Origin: an uncultured Porticoccaceae bacterium
GTDB taxonomy: Bacteria > Pseudomonadota > Gammaproteobacteria > Pseudomonadales > Porticoccaceae
Length of the DNA stretch: 64,000 nt
Direction: 5' to 3'
NCBI GenBank assembly: GCA_965656965.1
Contig: CBFHMK010000008.1
Location: 30,970 to 94,969, forward strand
The notes under the pieces are model-generated. The model saw nothing but the letters and a program-made list of their open reading frames with translations, searched no databases and had not been told where the DNA came from. The first letter of the stretch is position 1; each line of letters starts with the position of its first letter. A program made the position numbers and the translations under genes. Of the stretch, positions 27,885-36,918 are shown piece by piece.

Positions 27885-28871
27885 GTGAAAATTTTACTAA
27901 CGGGCGGTGCAGGCTATGTGGGTAGTGCCTGTTTAAGACATTTATTAGAGTGCGGCCATAGGCCTGTTGCCTATGATAATTTAGTAGAGGGTCATTCTGC
28001 AGCGGTCAATGGAGCGCCCCTAGTAGTAGGTGATATCCGCAATACAGACTTACTGAAAAAAACTCTTCGCGATTATCAAATTGAGGCAGTAATGCACTTT
28101 GCGGCAGCCACTAATGTAGGGGAATCGGTAATAAACCCCGCTTACCACTACGACAATAATATTGCTGGCACCCTGTCACTTCTCAATGCCATGGTAGCGG
28201 CAGATGTTAAAAAAATACTCTTTTCAAGCACCTGTGCTACCTATGGTTTAAACCCCAAAAGCCCCATGGCAGAGGATGCTGATCAGGCCCCCTGCAGCCC
28301 CTATGCTCGCACTAAGTTGGCAGTGGAGTGGATGATCAAAGACTTTGCCCACGTGCATAAAATGGGTTACAGCCTGCTGCGGTACTTCAATGCGGCCGGA
28401 GCATCCGAGGATGGCCAGTTTGGTGAATATCACCATCCCGAAACTCATCTTATTCCTCTGGTTTTGGACAATATCTTACAGGGCAGCAGCGAACTCAGGG
28501 TGTTTGGCACTGACTACCCGACAGTAGATGGCACCTGCATACGTGACTATGTGCATATCAACGATCTCGCCAGCGCCCATCTCTTGGCTATGCAGGCAAC
28601 CACTGAGTCTACCGCTGAGGTGTTTAACATAGGCACCGGAAACGGTCAGTCGGTGCTAGATATTATTCGAGCCTGCGAAAAGGTATCTGGGCACAGGGTT
28701 GATTACCAGGTGGTCGAACGGCGCCCGGGAGACGCACCTGAATTGGTGGCTAAAGCGGATAAATTAAAGTCGCAGCTCGGTTGGCAACCTCAATATACCG
28801 ATATTGTAGACACAGTGCGTACCGCCTGGACCTGGCATAAATTAAAACCTCAGGGCTATGGTCCGCGATAG
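27885..28871 (+). CDS. galE: UDP-glucose 4-epimerase
   Basis: TGGAGYVGS, HFAA, FSSTCATYG, YxxxK, LRYFNAAGA, THLIP, DGTCIRDYVH. GTG start 6 nt after AGGAG. Confidence 0.92.
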   Translation: MKILLTGGAGYVGSACLRHLLECGHRPVAYDNLVEGHSAAVNGAPLVVGDIRNTDLLKKTLRDYQIEAVMHFAAATNVGESVINPAYHYDNNIAGTLSLLNAMVAADVKKILFSSTCATYGLNPKSPMAEDADQAPCSPYARTKLAVEWMIKDFAHVHKMGYSLLRYFNAAGASEDGQFGEYHHPETHLIPLVLDNILQGSSELRVFGTDYPTVDGTCIRDYVHINDLASAHLLAMQATTESTAEVFNIGTGNGQSVLDIIRACEKVSGHRVDYQVVERRPGDAPELVAKADKLKSQLGWQPQYTDIVDTVRTAWTWHKLKPQGYGPR

Positions 28872-28899
28872 TGAACAGACAGCAGACAAGGAAGTATTA

Positions 28900-30027
28900 A
28901 TGAAAATTTTGGTCACCGGGGGCGCTGGCTTTATTGGCTCTCATACAGTGGATCGCCTGGTTACAGAGGGTCATCAGGTGCGCATTTTGGACTGCCTAAA
29001 AAAACCTGTACACCTAAGAGGGCTGCCGGATTGGATAAACCCCGAGGCAGAATTTTTGCTGGGAGATGTGCGCAACAAAGTTGATCTAGAAAAGGCTATG
29101 CGGGGTGTTGATGCTATTTATCATTTGGCTGCCTATCAAGATTATCTGCCAGACTTTTCTGCCTTTATTCACACCAATGGGGTTAGTACCGCACTGATTT
29201 ATGAAATTATTGTTGAGCAAAAACTCCCCATCCAAAAAGTTGTCGTTGCCAGCAGTCAATTTGTGCAGGGCGAGGGCCGTTATATTTGTTCTCAATGCGC
29301 CGCGGATGTTTCGCCTCTTATGCGTGACGAAAGCCATTTATTAAAGGGTCAATGGCAACATCAATGCGCTGACTGTGGTGGACAGTTAGACTGGTGTTGG
29401 ACCAGTGAAGAACATATTGCTCCACCCAACGCCTACGCACTATCCAAGCACTCTCAGGAGCAGCAAGCAATCACATTTGGTCGGCGCTATGGCATACCCT
29501 CTGTAGCATTGCGATACTCGATAGTTCAGGGTGCCCGACAGTCCTTTTTTAATGCCTACAGCGGCGCCTGCAGGATTTTTTGTTTAAATTATTATTTTGC
29601 CAAGGCACCAACGCTCTACGAAGACGGCAATCAATGTCGAGATTTTGTCAATATCCATGATGTGGTTGAGGCCAATCTGTTGGCGCTTCACAGTACCCAG
29701 ATGGATGGCCAGGTATTTAACGTCGGTGGGGGAACCGCGTACAGTCTTGCCGATTTTGCTGAAATCGTTCGCAGTGCGGTGCAGCCTCATCATACTGATT
29801 TGCTTCCCACTCCAAGTATCCCCGGAGCTTACAGATTCGGTGATACTCGCAATGCCTGTTCCAATATAGATAAGCTCAGAGCCATAGGATGGCAGCCTAA
29901 GTTCTCGCCAGAAAATTCTGTGGCGGAGTATGTTGACTGGCTCTACGCACAGGAGAATGTTGAAGATATTCTTAATTATGCTGAACAAACCATGAAGAAA
30001 TTAAATGTGGTTAGGCAGAGCGCCTAA
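28900..30027 (+). CDS. Extended SDR NAD-dependent epimerase/dehydratase with CxxC...CxxC insert (WbiB-like)
   Basis: TGGAGFIGS, VASS, YALSK, RDFVNIHD; insert GEGRYICSQC...HQCADC. Start at ATG 28900. Confidence 0.8.
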   Translation: MKILVTGGAGFIGSHTVDRLVTEGHQVRILDCLKKPVHLRGLPDWINPEAEFLLGDVRNKVDLEKAMRGVDAIYHLAAYQDYLPDFSAFIHTNGVSTALIYEIIVEQKLPIQKVVVASSQFVQGEGRYICSQCAADVSPLMRDESHLLKGQWQHQCADCGGQLDWCWTSEEHIAPPNAYALSKHSQEQQAITFGRRYGIPSVALRYSIVQGARQSFFNAYSGACRIFCLNYYFAKAPTLYEDGNQCRDFVNIHDVVEANLLALHSTQMDGQVFNVGGGTAYSLADFAEIVRSAVQPHHTDLLPTPSIPGAYRFGDTRNACSNIDKLRAIGWQPKFSPENSVAEYVDWLYAQENVEDILNYAEQTMKKLNVVRQSA

Positions 30028-30056
30028 TTTAATTAGAACAACAAAGGATTGTTGAA

Positions 30057-30638
30057 ATGAACTGGTACTTTATGCGCCATGGACAGATTAATTCAAATCT
30101 TAACCATGTTTATTCAGGCCGTAGCGATGAACCCCTAAATAACTGTGGGGTAGAGCAGGCCCATGAGGCTGCCGAGTTAGTTAGTAAAGCGCCTATCGAT
30201 CGCATTATCTGTAGTCCATTAGTTAGAGCTACTCAGACATCCAATATTATTTCTATAGCTAATGACATTGGTTATGAGACGGATGATGCGTTTATAGAAA
30301 TGAAGTTTGGCCCCTGGGAAGGCAGGTCGGAATCCTGGGTCAAACAGCACTACCCCATTGAATGGGCGCTATGGAACAGAGCACCTCATCAACTCCAGCT
30401 TCCAAGGCGTGAGACATTGCTGGAACTGCAGAATAGGGTTATTAGTCGCATGCATAAGATTGCTATCGCTAAACCTGTGGAGAATATTTTAGTGGTTTCT
30501 CATGTAGCGGTTATTCGAGTGGTATTACTGCATTCCCAGAGGCGGCCTTTGTCAGACTATAAGCTAGTTGAGGTGGATAACTGCGCCCTATTTCAGGTCA
30601 ACTTGCAGGCTGCGCCGCACTGGGAGTCCTGTCTATGA
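30057..30638 (+). CDS. Histidine phosphatase (phosphoglycerate mutase superfamily)
   Basis: RHG catalytic motif, SPLVRA, EMKFGPWEG, VVSH; ATGA overlap with the next gene. Confidence 0.9.
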   Translation: MNWYFMRHGQINSNLNHVYSGRSDEPLNNCGVEQAHEAAELVSKAPIDRIICSPLVRATQTSNIISIANDIGYETDDAFIEMKFGPWEGRSESWVKQHYPIEWALWNRAPHQLQLPRRETLLELQNRVISRMHKIAIAKPVENILVVSHVAVIRVVLLHSQRRPLSDYKLVEVDNCALFQVNLQAAPHWESCL

Positions 30639-31345
30639 AGGCGATACTTCTTGTCGCTGGTTTGGGGTCAAGGCTGCGTCCTATGACTCATAAAATACCA
30701 AAGTGTTTGCTGCCAATTAATAGCCAGCCACTGCTGGGTATCTGGTTTAAAAAATTAGCCAGTGCTGGTGTTACTGAGGTATTGGTAAATACCCATTGGC
30801 TCGCCGATCAGGTAGAGGACTATGTTGCGCAAAACACACCCTCTGGGCTAACAGTTAGGCTGTTTGATGAGCCTGAACTTTTAGGCAGTGCTGGGACCCT
30901 GCTGGCCAACCAAGATTATCTGGGTAAACAGACTTTTTTTGTTATCTATGGCGACAATCTGTCTGATGTGAATTTGTCAGATATGTACCAGTCACATTTG
31001 CGCCATCGGCCAATACTCACTCTGGGGACTTTCAGTGCAGACAGTCCTCAGACATGTGGTATTGCCGAAATTGATGACCAAGGCTGGGTGCAGAGTTTTA
31101 TTGAAAAGCCCAGTAACCCAGTTTCTAACTGCGCCGCTGCGGGAATCTATGTGGTGGAGCCGGAGGTCTTTGATTACTTTCCTCAGCCAGATATCAATGG
31201 GCAACTGGATCTTGGCTTTGATGTCATCCCCAAATTAGTCGGCAATATGCATCATTACCCGATTAATTTATTGATAGATATTGGTACGCCTGACAGTTAT
31301 CGCCGAGCTCAGGATGCTCAGATCGATGCCCTGTTGGATATTTAA
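30635..31345 (+). CDS. hddC: Sugar-1-phosphate nucleotidyltransferase, heptose-1-phosphate guanylyltransferase-like
   Basis: LLVAGLGSRLRP..PK, ELLGSAG, YGDN, EKP, DIGTP. The hddC assignment rests on context with gmhA/hddA. Confidence 0.7.
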   Translation: MKAILLVAGLGSRLRPMTHKIPKCLLPINSQPLLGIWFKKLASAGVTEVLVNTHWLADQVEDYVAQNTPSGLTVRLFDEPELLGSAGTLLANQDYLGKQTFFVIYGDNLSDVNLSDMYQSHLRHRPILTLGTFSADSPQTCGIAEIDDQGWVQSFIEKPSNPVSNCAAAGIYVVEPEVFDYFPQPDINGQLDLGFDVIPKLVGNMHHYPINLLIDIGTPDSYRRAQDAQIDALLDI

Positions 31346-31365
31346 TCTAATGGAAGGATGGAACC

Positions 31366-32472
31366 GTGACTGGATTAACCCTAGCTGAACGCAACCTCTG
31401 GACCGTTTTGGGGTTGCCATTTGACCGAGTAAACAGGGAGGAGGCTGTTGCTCTGATTGAGCAATGTATTCGGACAGGGAGTCGCTGTTTTCTATCGACG
31501 CCAAACTTAAATTTTGTTGTACAGGCATACAGGGACAAGGCGTTCTATCGTTCGGTGCTCGAGAGCGATCTGGTGGTAGCAGATGGTATGCCGATTATAT
31601 GGGTGGCAAGGTTGCTAGGCATTCCTTTGCCAGAGCGAGTAGCCGGTTCATGTCTTTTTGAAAGCCTAGAACAGCAGAAGCCTGATAGGCCGATCCGAGT
31701 GTTCTTTTTTGGTGGTCAGGGTGATGCCGCAGAAAAGGCCGCTGCCAATCTTGCAGAGACCAGCCAGAGCATGGAGTGCTGCGGGTTTTTAAACCCCGGC
31801 CTGGGGACTGTAGATTCCATGAGTACTGATAAGATTATCCAGCAGATTAATAGGGCTCGGGCAGATTTTTTATTAGTGGCTCTTGGCGCCAAAAAAGGTC
31901 AGCACTGGATTCAGCATAATCGCTCTAGACTTGAAGCACCTGTAATCAGCCATCTAGGAGCAGTGATAAATTTTGTGGCTGGTGATGTTGAGCGTGCCCC
32001 TAAGTTATGGCAAAGATTGGGTGTTGAGTGGCTTTGGCGTGTTAAGCAAGAGCCTGGCCTGATGCGACGGTATATTTCAGATGGTCTGTGGTTTATCTAT
32101 TTATTAGTAGCTCGGGTATTTCCGTTGGCAATATATGACTCCATATTACAGCTGACAGCAGGTCCCCGACGGCCCCTCAAAATCAGCAGCAATCAGATTG
32201 ACCACTGTCTTGAACTGGCACTGGTTGGGTCGGCGACGGCGACAAATTGTCGACAGCTTAAGCTGGTCTGTGAAAAAGCGCTGAGTCAGCCATGTACTAT
32301 ACTCAGGCATGTGCAAATTGATTGCTCTGAGTTGGTTTATATCGATAGCGCGGCGGTGGCGGTACTTTTGATATTTGAAGCAACTCTGACACAAAGAGGG
32401 CAGAGCCTGACATTTCTACATATTAATGGACGTATTAAAAGGTTAATTGGGTTGCAGGCGTTGCATCGTTAG
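31366..32472 (+). CDS. WecB/TagA/CpsF family glycosyltransferase fused to a C-terminal STAS domain
   Basis: TPNLNF, ADGMPI, ERVAGS, VALGAKK, RAP..WQRLGVEWLWR; C-terminal IDCSELVYIDSAAVAVLL STAS motif. Confidence 0.85.
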   Translation: MTGLTLAERNLWTVLGLPFDRVNREEAVALIEQCIRTGSRCFLSTPNLNFVVQAYRDKAFYRSVLESDLVVADGMPIIWVARLLGIPLPERVAGSCLFESLEQQKPDRPIRVFFFGGQGDAAEKAAANLAETSQSMECCGFLNPGLGTVDSMSTDKIIQQINRARADFLLVALGAKKGQHWIQHNRSRLEAPVISHLGAVINFVAGDVERAPKLWQRLGVEWLWRVKQEPGLMRRYISDGLWFIYLLVARVFPLAIYDSILQLTAGPRRPLKISSNQIDHCLELALVGSATATNCRQLKLVCEKALSQPCTILRHVQIDCSELVYIDSAAVAVLLIFEATLTQRGQSLTFLHINGRIKRLIGLQALHR

Positions 32473-32496
32473 TTTTTTCTCTGAATGCTGTCTGTC

Positions 32497-32661
32497 GCTT
32501 AGGGCTCTTTATAGCTGAGGGCTCTTTATGGCTGAGGGCTCTTTATAGCTGAGGGCTCTTTATAGCTGAGGGCTCTTTATAGCTGAGGGCTCTTTATAGC
32601 TGAGGGCTCTTTATAGCTGAGGGCTCTTTATAGCTGAGGGCTCTCATGGCTGAGGGCTCTT
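32497..32661. repeat. 17-bp tandem repeat (GCTGAGGGCTCTTTATA), about 9.8 copies
   Basis: Units start at 32497, 32514, 32531, 32548, 32565, 32582, 32599, 32616, 32633 (16 bp variant) and 32649 (partial). Six central units are identical; no spacers. Confidence 0.98.
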
Positions 32662-32670
32662 GGCAAAAAA

Positions 32671-34302
32671 ATGGAGTTGAATCAGGAAATGGATTTTAAG
32701 GATAGTACTGCAGCTGTGCCGTCGCCGGAAAAATTTTATGCATTAGCTGAGTTGTTAGCTAAACCTGGATTTTGGGTAGGCATCGGCGCGATTTTGGTTG
32801 GTCTATGGCTTTATTGGGATGGTTTAGCTGAGGCGGTTCTGCGCTGGGAAAGGCAGGCAGAATACAGTCACGGCTACCTAATTCCTCTGGTGTCTCTATT
32901 TATCCTCTGGGAGAAGCGCTTTGAGATTATTGCCGGTTATCGTCGTCCTTCCTGGTGGGGCTTGCCAGTCATTATTCTGGCCCTGATTGTTCTGGTTGTT
33001 GGCGAGATCAGCGCGTTGTTTGTGCTGATTCATTATTCCTTTATTTTGTTTCTGTTTGGTCTATCTCTGGCATGGCTGGGCAGTGCAGCCAGGCATACCT
33101 GGGTACCTATTCTACTGCTGGGCTTTGCTGTGCCTTTGCCCTATTTTATTGAGGTGATTCTCACCGCAAAGTTGCAGTTGGTTTCTTCTCAGTTGGGTGT
33201 TGACATTATCCGCCTGTGTGGGATTCCGGTATTTCTCAGCGGCAACATTATTGATCTGGGTGATTACCAATTACAGGTGGTAGAGGCCTGTAGTGGCTTG
33301 CGCTATTTATTTCCCCTCATGAGTCTTGGTTTTATTGCCGCCTATCTGTATCAGGCTGCTTGGTGGAAACGGGTCTTACTATTTATTTCAACTGTACCTA
33401 TCACCATCTTTATGAATAGTTTTCGCATCGCGGTGACTGGGCTCTTGGTAGACAACTGGGGCACCCAGATGGCCGAGGGATTTCTGCATGATTTTGAAGG
33501 CTGGTTAATCTTTATGGCCTGTGGCTGTTTGATGCTATTAGAAATTATGTTGATGGAGCGCTTCACCAGCAGGCAGAAAATCCATCAGGCATTTGCGGTG
33601 CCTGTGCAAATTGGAGCAGCAGGTCTGCACAACAAAAAGCCGACTGAGCTAATTATCTCCCGACCACTGCTGATAGCTATTCCATTATTACTCATAGCGG
33701 TTATATTTTTGTATTCTGTGAAGGCACGACAGGAACCTGCGCTGGCGACCAATGGCGCATTAATTGATTATCCAATCCGACTGGGGGACTGGAATGGCGT
33801 GCATGACAGTATCGATACTCTGGTCGCTGAGAAGCTCGGCTTTACTGACTATGTGATGCTTAACTATACCAATCTCGAGCACCAGCCAATCAATTTCTAT
33901 GTTGCTTACTATGCTTCTCAGCGCAAAGGGCTCTCACCCCATTCACCCAAGGTCTGTATTCCGGGTGGCGGCTGGGAAATAGCAGATTTTCGCCGTACTC
34001 AGGTGGACGATATACCGGTTAATCGGGCATTGATTCGCAAAGGTAATCAAGACCAAATTGTTTACTACTGGTTTGAAGAGCGCGGAGTTGCTGTGGCCAA
34101 CGAGTATTTAAAAAAATGGATGTTGTTTAAAGATGCACTATTTCTCAATCGAACTGATGGCTCTCTGGTGAGAGTCACCACGCCTGTATTAAGCCATGAG
34201 TCAATGGAGGACGCAGATCAAAGAGCTCGTGGATTTATTCGTATTTCACACAATCAATTATCGCAACTTTTACCAAGTCATAACTTGGAGGGAACAAAAT
34301 GA
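32671..34302 (+). CDS. xrtD: Exosortase (EpsH domain) fused to an EpsI domain, VPLPA-CTERM-specific XrtD-like
   Basis: EYSHGYLIP, catalytic Cys in VVEACSGLRY, Arg in NSFRI, His in LHDFEGW, EpsI motif HSPKVCIPGGGWEI. Subfamily inferred from the VPLPA target in the block. Confidence 0.85.
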   Translation: MELNQEMDFKDSTAAVPSPEKFYALAELLAKPGFWVGIGAILVGLWLYWDGLAEAVLRWERQAEYSHGYLIPLVSLFILWEKRFEIIAGYRRPSWWGLPVIILALIVLVVGEISALFVLIHYSFILFLFGLSLAWLGSAARHTWVPILLLGFAVPLPYFIEVILTAKLQLVSSQLGVDIIRLCGIPVFLSGNIIDLGDYQLQVVEACSGLRYLFPLMSLGFIAAYLYQAAWWKRVLLFISTVPITIFMNSFRIAVTGLLVDNWGTQMAEGFLHDFEGWLIFMACGCLMLLEIMLMERFTSRQKIHQAFAVPVQIGAAGLHNKKPTELIISRPLLIAIPLLLIAVIFLYSVKARQEPALATNGALIDYPIRLGDWNGVHDSIDTLVAEKLGFTDYVMLNYTNLEHQPINFYVAYYASQRKGLSPHSPKVCIPGGGWEIADFRRTQVDDIPVNRALIRKGNQDQIVYYWFEERGVAVANEYLKKWMLFKDALFLNRTDGSLVRVTTPVLSHESMEDADQRARGFIRISHNQLSQLLPSHNLEGTK

Positions 34303-36695
34303 GCGGCATAGCTATAAAGACTATTTGTAAGATTTTAACCCTGAGTATATTTGTATTTGCTGTCTCAGCTTGTAGCAGCTCAAAGGAAGAGGCGGCAAAT
34401 AAATATCTCAACAGTGGCATCCAGTTATTTGAGGATGAAAAATTATCTAAAGCCAGTGTTGAATTGCGCAATGCGTTGCAGATTGATCCAAAGTTAGCCC
34501 AGGCATACTTCTATTTGGCATTGATCTCTGAGCAGGAGCAAAACTGGAAGTCGATGTTCAAAAATTTAACCAGAGTGGAGCAGCTTGATAAGGCCCATAT
34601 TGATGCAAGGGTAAAACTTGGCTATCTAATGTTAATGGCCAACCAGTTTGATTCGGCTATTGAAAAGGCAGATGCGGTGTTATTGCTACAGAGAGATAAT
34701 GCCGACGGCTACCTAATTAAAGCTTCGGCCTTTCTGGGCAAGGGTCTGCTGGATGTAGCTATGACCTATGTAACAAAGGCCTCCGAAGCTGAGGGAGACT
34801 TTATTGAGATCTCTACAATTCAGGCCTCGATACTGCATAGGCAAGGGAAGTCGGCCGAGGCGCTAGAGATTTTAGCTAATGTTATAGCTCAAGAAGAAGA
34901 GGATTTGCATCTTGTGCTGTTGCGCACTGAGATCAATCAGGATCTCGATGACGTGCAGGCCATCGAAGCAGACTACCGGCGAATAATTCAAGCCTACCCC
35001 TCGGAGAGAAGCTTTCACTTAAAATTGGTCGCTTTACTGCGCGACGAGGGCCGTTGGCAAGAGGCTCAGGCTGCTTTAGAGCAATACCTGCGCCGTTATC
35101 CACAGGATACTGAGGTGCGGATGGCCTTGGTGCAGCTGATAGCTGATAGCGATCAGCAGCAAGCTGCTGCCCTGCTAAATCGCTATATCAGTCAGGAGCC
35201 GCAGAATGCTGAGTTGCTGTTTTTCCGCATTAACAGAATGTTATCAGCAGGCGCCGAGCAGGAGGCTTTGGCTGAGTTAGAGTCTGTTAGTAGCGCAGAT
35301 TTTGACGATCAGCAAATATTCCGTGCCCTTGCCATGCAGGCTGAAATCAAATTATCTGCCGATCAGCGCGACCAGGCGCTTACTCTTCTCAGTAGGGTCT
35401 TGGAGTTAGATGGTCACTTTGAGCAGGCCCTGTTAGCCAGAGCTCGATACTATCTTATGGCAGAAGATATAGACTCTGCAGTGACGGATCTGCGTGTGGT
35501 GCTGCGCAATAATCCGGAGTCGGAAAGGGCTCTAGTGATGCTGGCTAACGCCTATATTAGTTCTGGCTCACAACAGTTGGCTGACGACACCTTTAGAAAG
35601 GTTTTGGATATTAATCCGGGTAATATCCAGGCGGCTGTCCCAGTAATTAAAGGCCTGTTGGAGAAACATGACTCCGATCGATCTGAGCGTATCATTGAAA
35701 ATGCATTGGCTCACTCACCAGACAATGACGTATTGCTGTCCATTCTTGCGCAAATCAAACTTTCTAATCAGGATCTAGAGGGAAGCCAGAAGGTAATTTC
35801 CAAGATTAAGTCAGCAGGACGCAACCCAGCTTTTGGTTATTATCTATCTGGTCGAGCGCAGCAGGCTCAGGGTAAGTACAGGCAGGCTGTTGAGAGTTAC
35901 AAGCAGGCCCTAGCACTAAATCCTGAGTTGACTCGAGCGCTTGAAAGCTTGGCTCAGTCCTACGGTCGTCTTAATAAACAGCAGGAGTTATTAGACTACC
36001 TTGTAAAATTTAGTCAGGAACATACTGACAACCTGTCCGCCTTTTCCGTCATGGCGACCATTCAGCGCCAGCTAAAGGATTACTCTGGTGCTATCAAAAC
36101 CATTGAGCTGGGCCTTGAGCGAGAGCCGTCTTGGGTAGGTGGCTACAGTGCACTCGCTGGTAATCATATTTCCATGGCTAACTATGAACTGGCTGTGGAG
36201 GCTTATCAAAGAGGGTTGAGTGCCGTCCCAGATAGCAGTCTATTGAAAATGTTGCTGGCATCATCCTATGAGAGATTAGAAGATTTTGATCGAGCCAGGT
36301 CACTCTATGAGCAGGTATTGGAGATCAATCCTAATCACCATACCGTAATTAATAACCTTGCCAGCCTACTGACGGATCGCTTTGCCTCTACTGACAATAT
36401 CAGGCGTGCTGTCACTTTAACAGAGCGTTTTGCTGATTCTGAACAGCCTTTCTTTGTAGATACCTATGCCTGGGCGCTGTTAAAGTCCGGGCTTCCCCAG
36501 GTGGCTGAACCGCTTTTCGATCGGGTTACTACAATGGCTCCAGATGTTGCAATCTTTCATTACCACCGCGGTGTTGGTCTTAAGCTGATGGGTAAATTTG
36601 ATGAAGCAAAAACTGTTTTAACTGAAGCTCGCGATAAAGTGGGAACTAACGCCTCGTTAAAGGCCCAGATAGAAAGGGAGCTGGCAAGTCTCTAG
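34299..36695 (+). CDS. TPR-repeat lipoprotein, PrsT-like
   Basis: Lipobox AVSAC, many TPRs (NALQIDP, VLDINP, ALALNP), NNLA...DTYAW C-terminal motif; overlaps the exosortase stop. Confidence 0.85.
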   Translation: MSGIAIKTICKILTLSIFVFAVSACSSSKEEAANKYLNSGIQLFEDEKLSKASVELRNALQIDPKLAQAYFYLALISEQEQNWKSMFKNLTRVEQLDKAHIDARVKLGYLMLMANQFDSAIEKADAVLLLQRDNADGYLIKASAFLGKGLLDVAMTYVTKASEAEGDFIEISTIQASILHRQGKSAEALEILANVIAQEEEDLHLVLLRTEINQDLDDVQAIEADYRRIIQAYPSERSFHLKLVALLRDEGRWQEAQAALEQYLRRYPQDTEVRMALVQLIADSDQQQAAALLNRYISQEPQNAELLFFRINRMLSAGAEQEALAELESVSSADFDDQQIFRALAMQAEIKLSADQRDQALTLLSRVLELDGHFEQALLARARYYLMAEDIDSAVTDLRVVLRNNPESERALVMLANAYISSGSQQLADDTFRKVLDINPGNIQAAVPVIKGLLEKHDSDRSERIIENALAHSPDNDVLLSILAQIKLSNQDLEGSQKVISKIKSAGRNPAFGYYLSGRAQQAQGKYRQAVESYKQALALNPELTRALESLAQSYGRLNKQQELLDYLVKFSQEHTDNLSAFSVMATIQRQLKDYSGAIKTIELGLEREPSWVGGYSALAGNHISMANYELAVEAYQRGLSAVPDSSLLKMLLASSYERLEDFDRARSLYEQVLEINPNHHTVINNLASLLTDRFASTDNIRRAVTLTERFADSEQPFFVDTYAWALLKSGLPQVAEPLFDRVTTMAPDVAIFHYHRGVGLKLMGKFDEAKTVLTEARDKVGTNASLKAQIERELASL

Positions 36696-36745
36696 ACCCC
36701 TGGCAAGTCTAAAAACCCGCAAAAATCCAACAAAATCCTCTCTAA

Positions 36746-36769
36746 TGCCCTACAGTTTCAAGTAGGGCA
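36746..36769. promoter_or_regulatory. Perfect inverted repeat TGCCCTAC-N8-GTAGGGCA (operator or hairpin)
   Basis: Intergenic, between the prsT-like gene and the response regulator; no U-tract follows on either strand. Confidence 0.45.
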
Positions 36770-36918
36770 AAAGCACCCTGCTTATTTGCTATGCTTACTC
36801 GTATATGCCAAGCTCCGTCTAGTGATTGTTAGAGTTTTCGGCGGCATTTTGCAGCAGTTACGGGCTAGCATAGCTTGACTGACCCCTTCAGGCCGGAAGT
36901 GAACCAAGGATTGAAATT

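Noticed and set aside
32497-32661. CRISPR array
   Set aside because: Units are head-to-tail with no unique spacers, are only 17 bp, and no cas genes are in the window.
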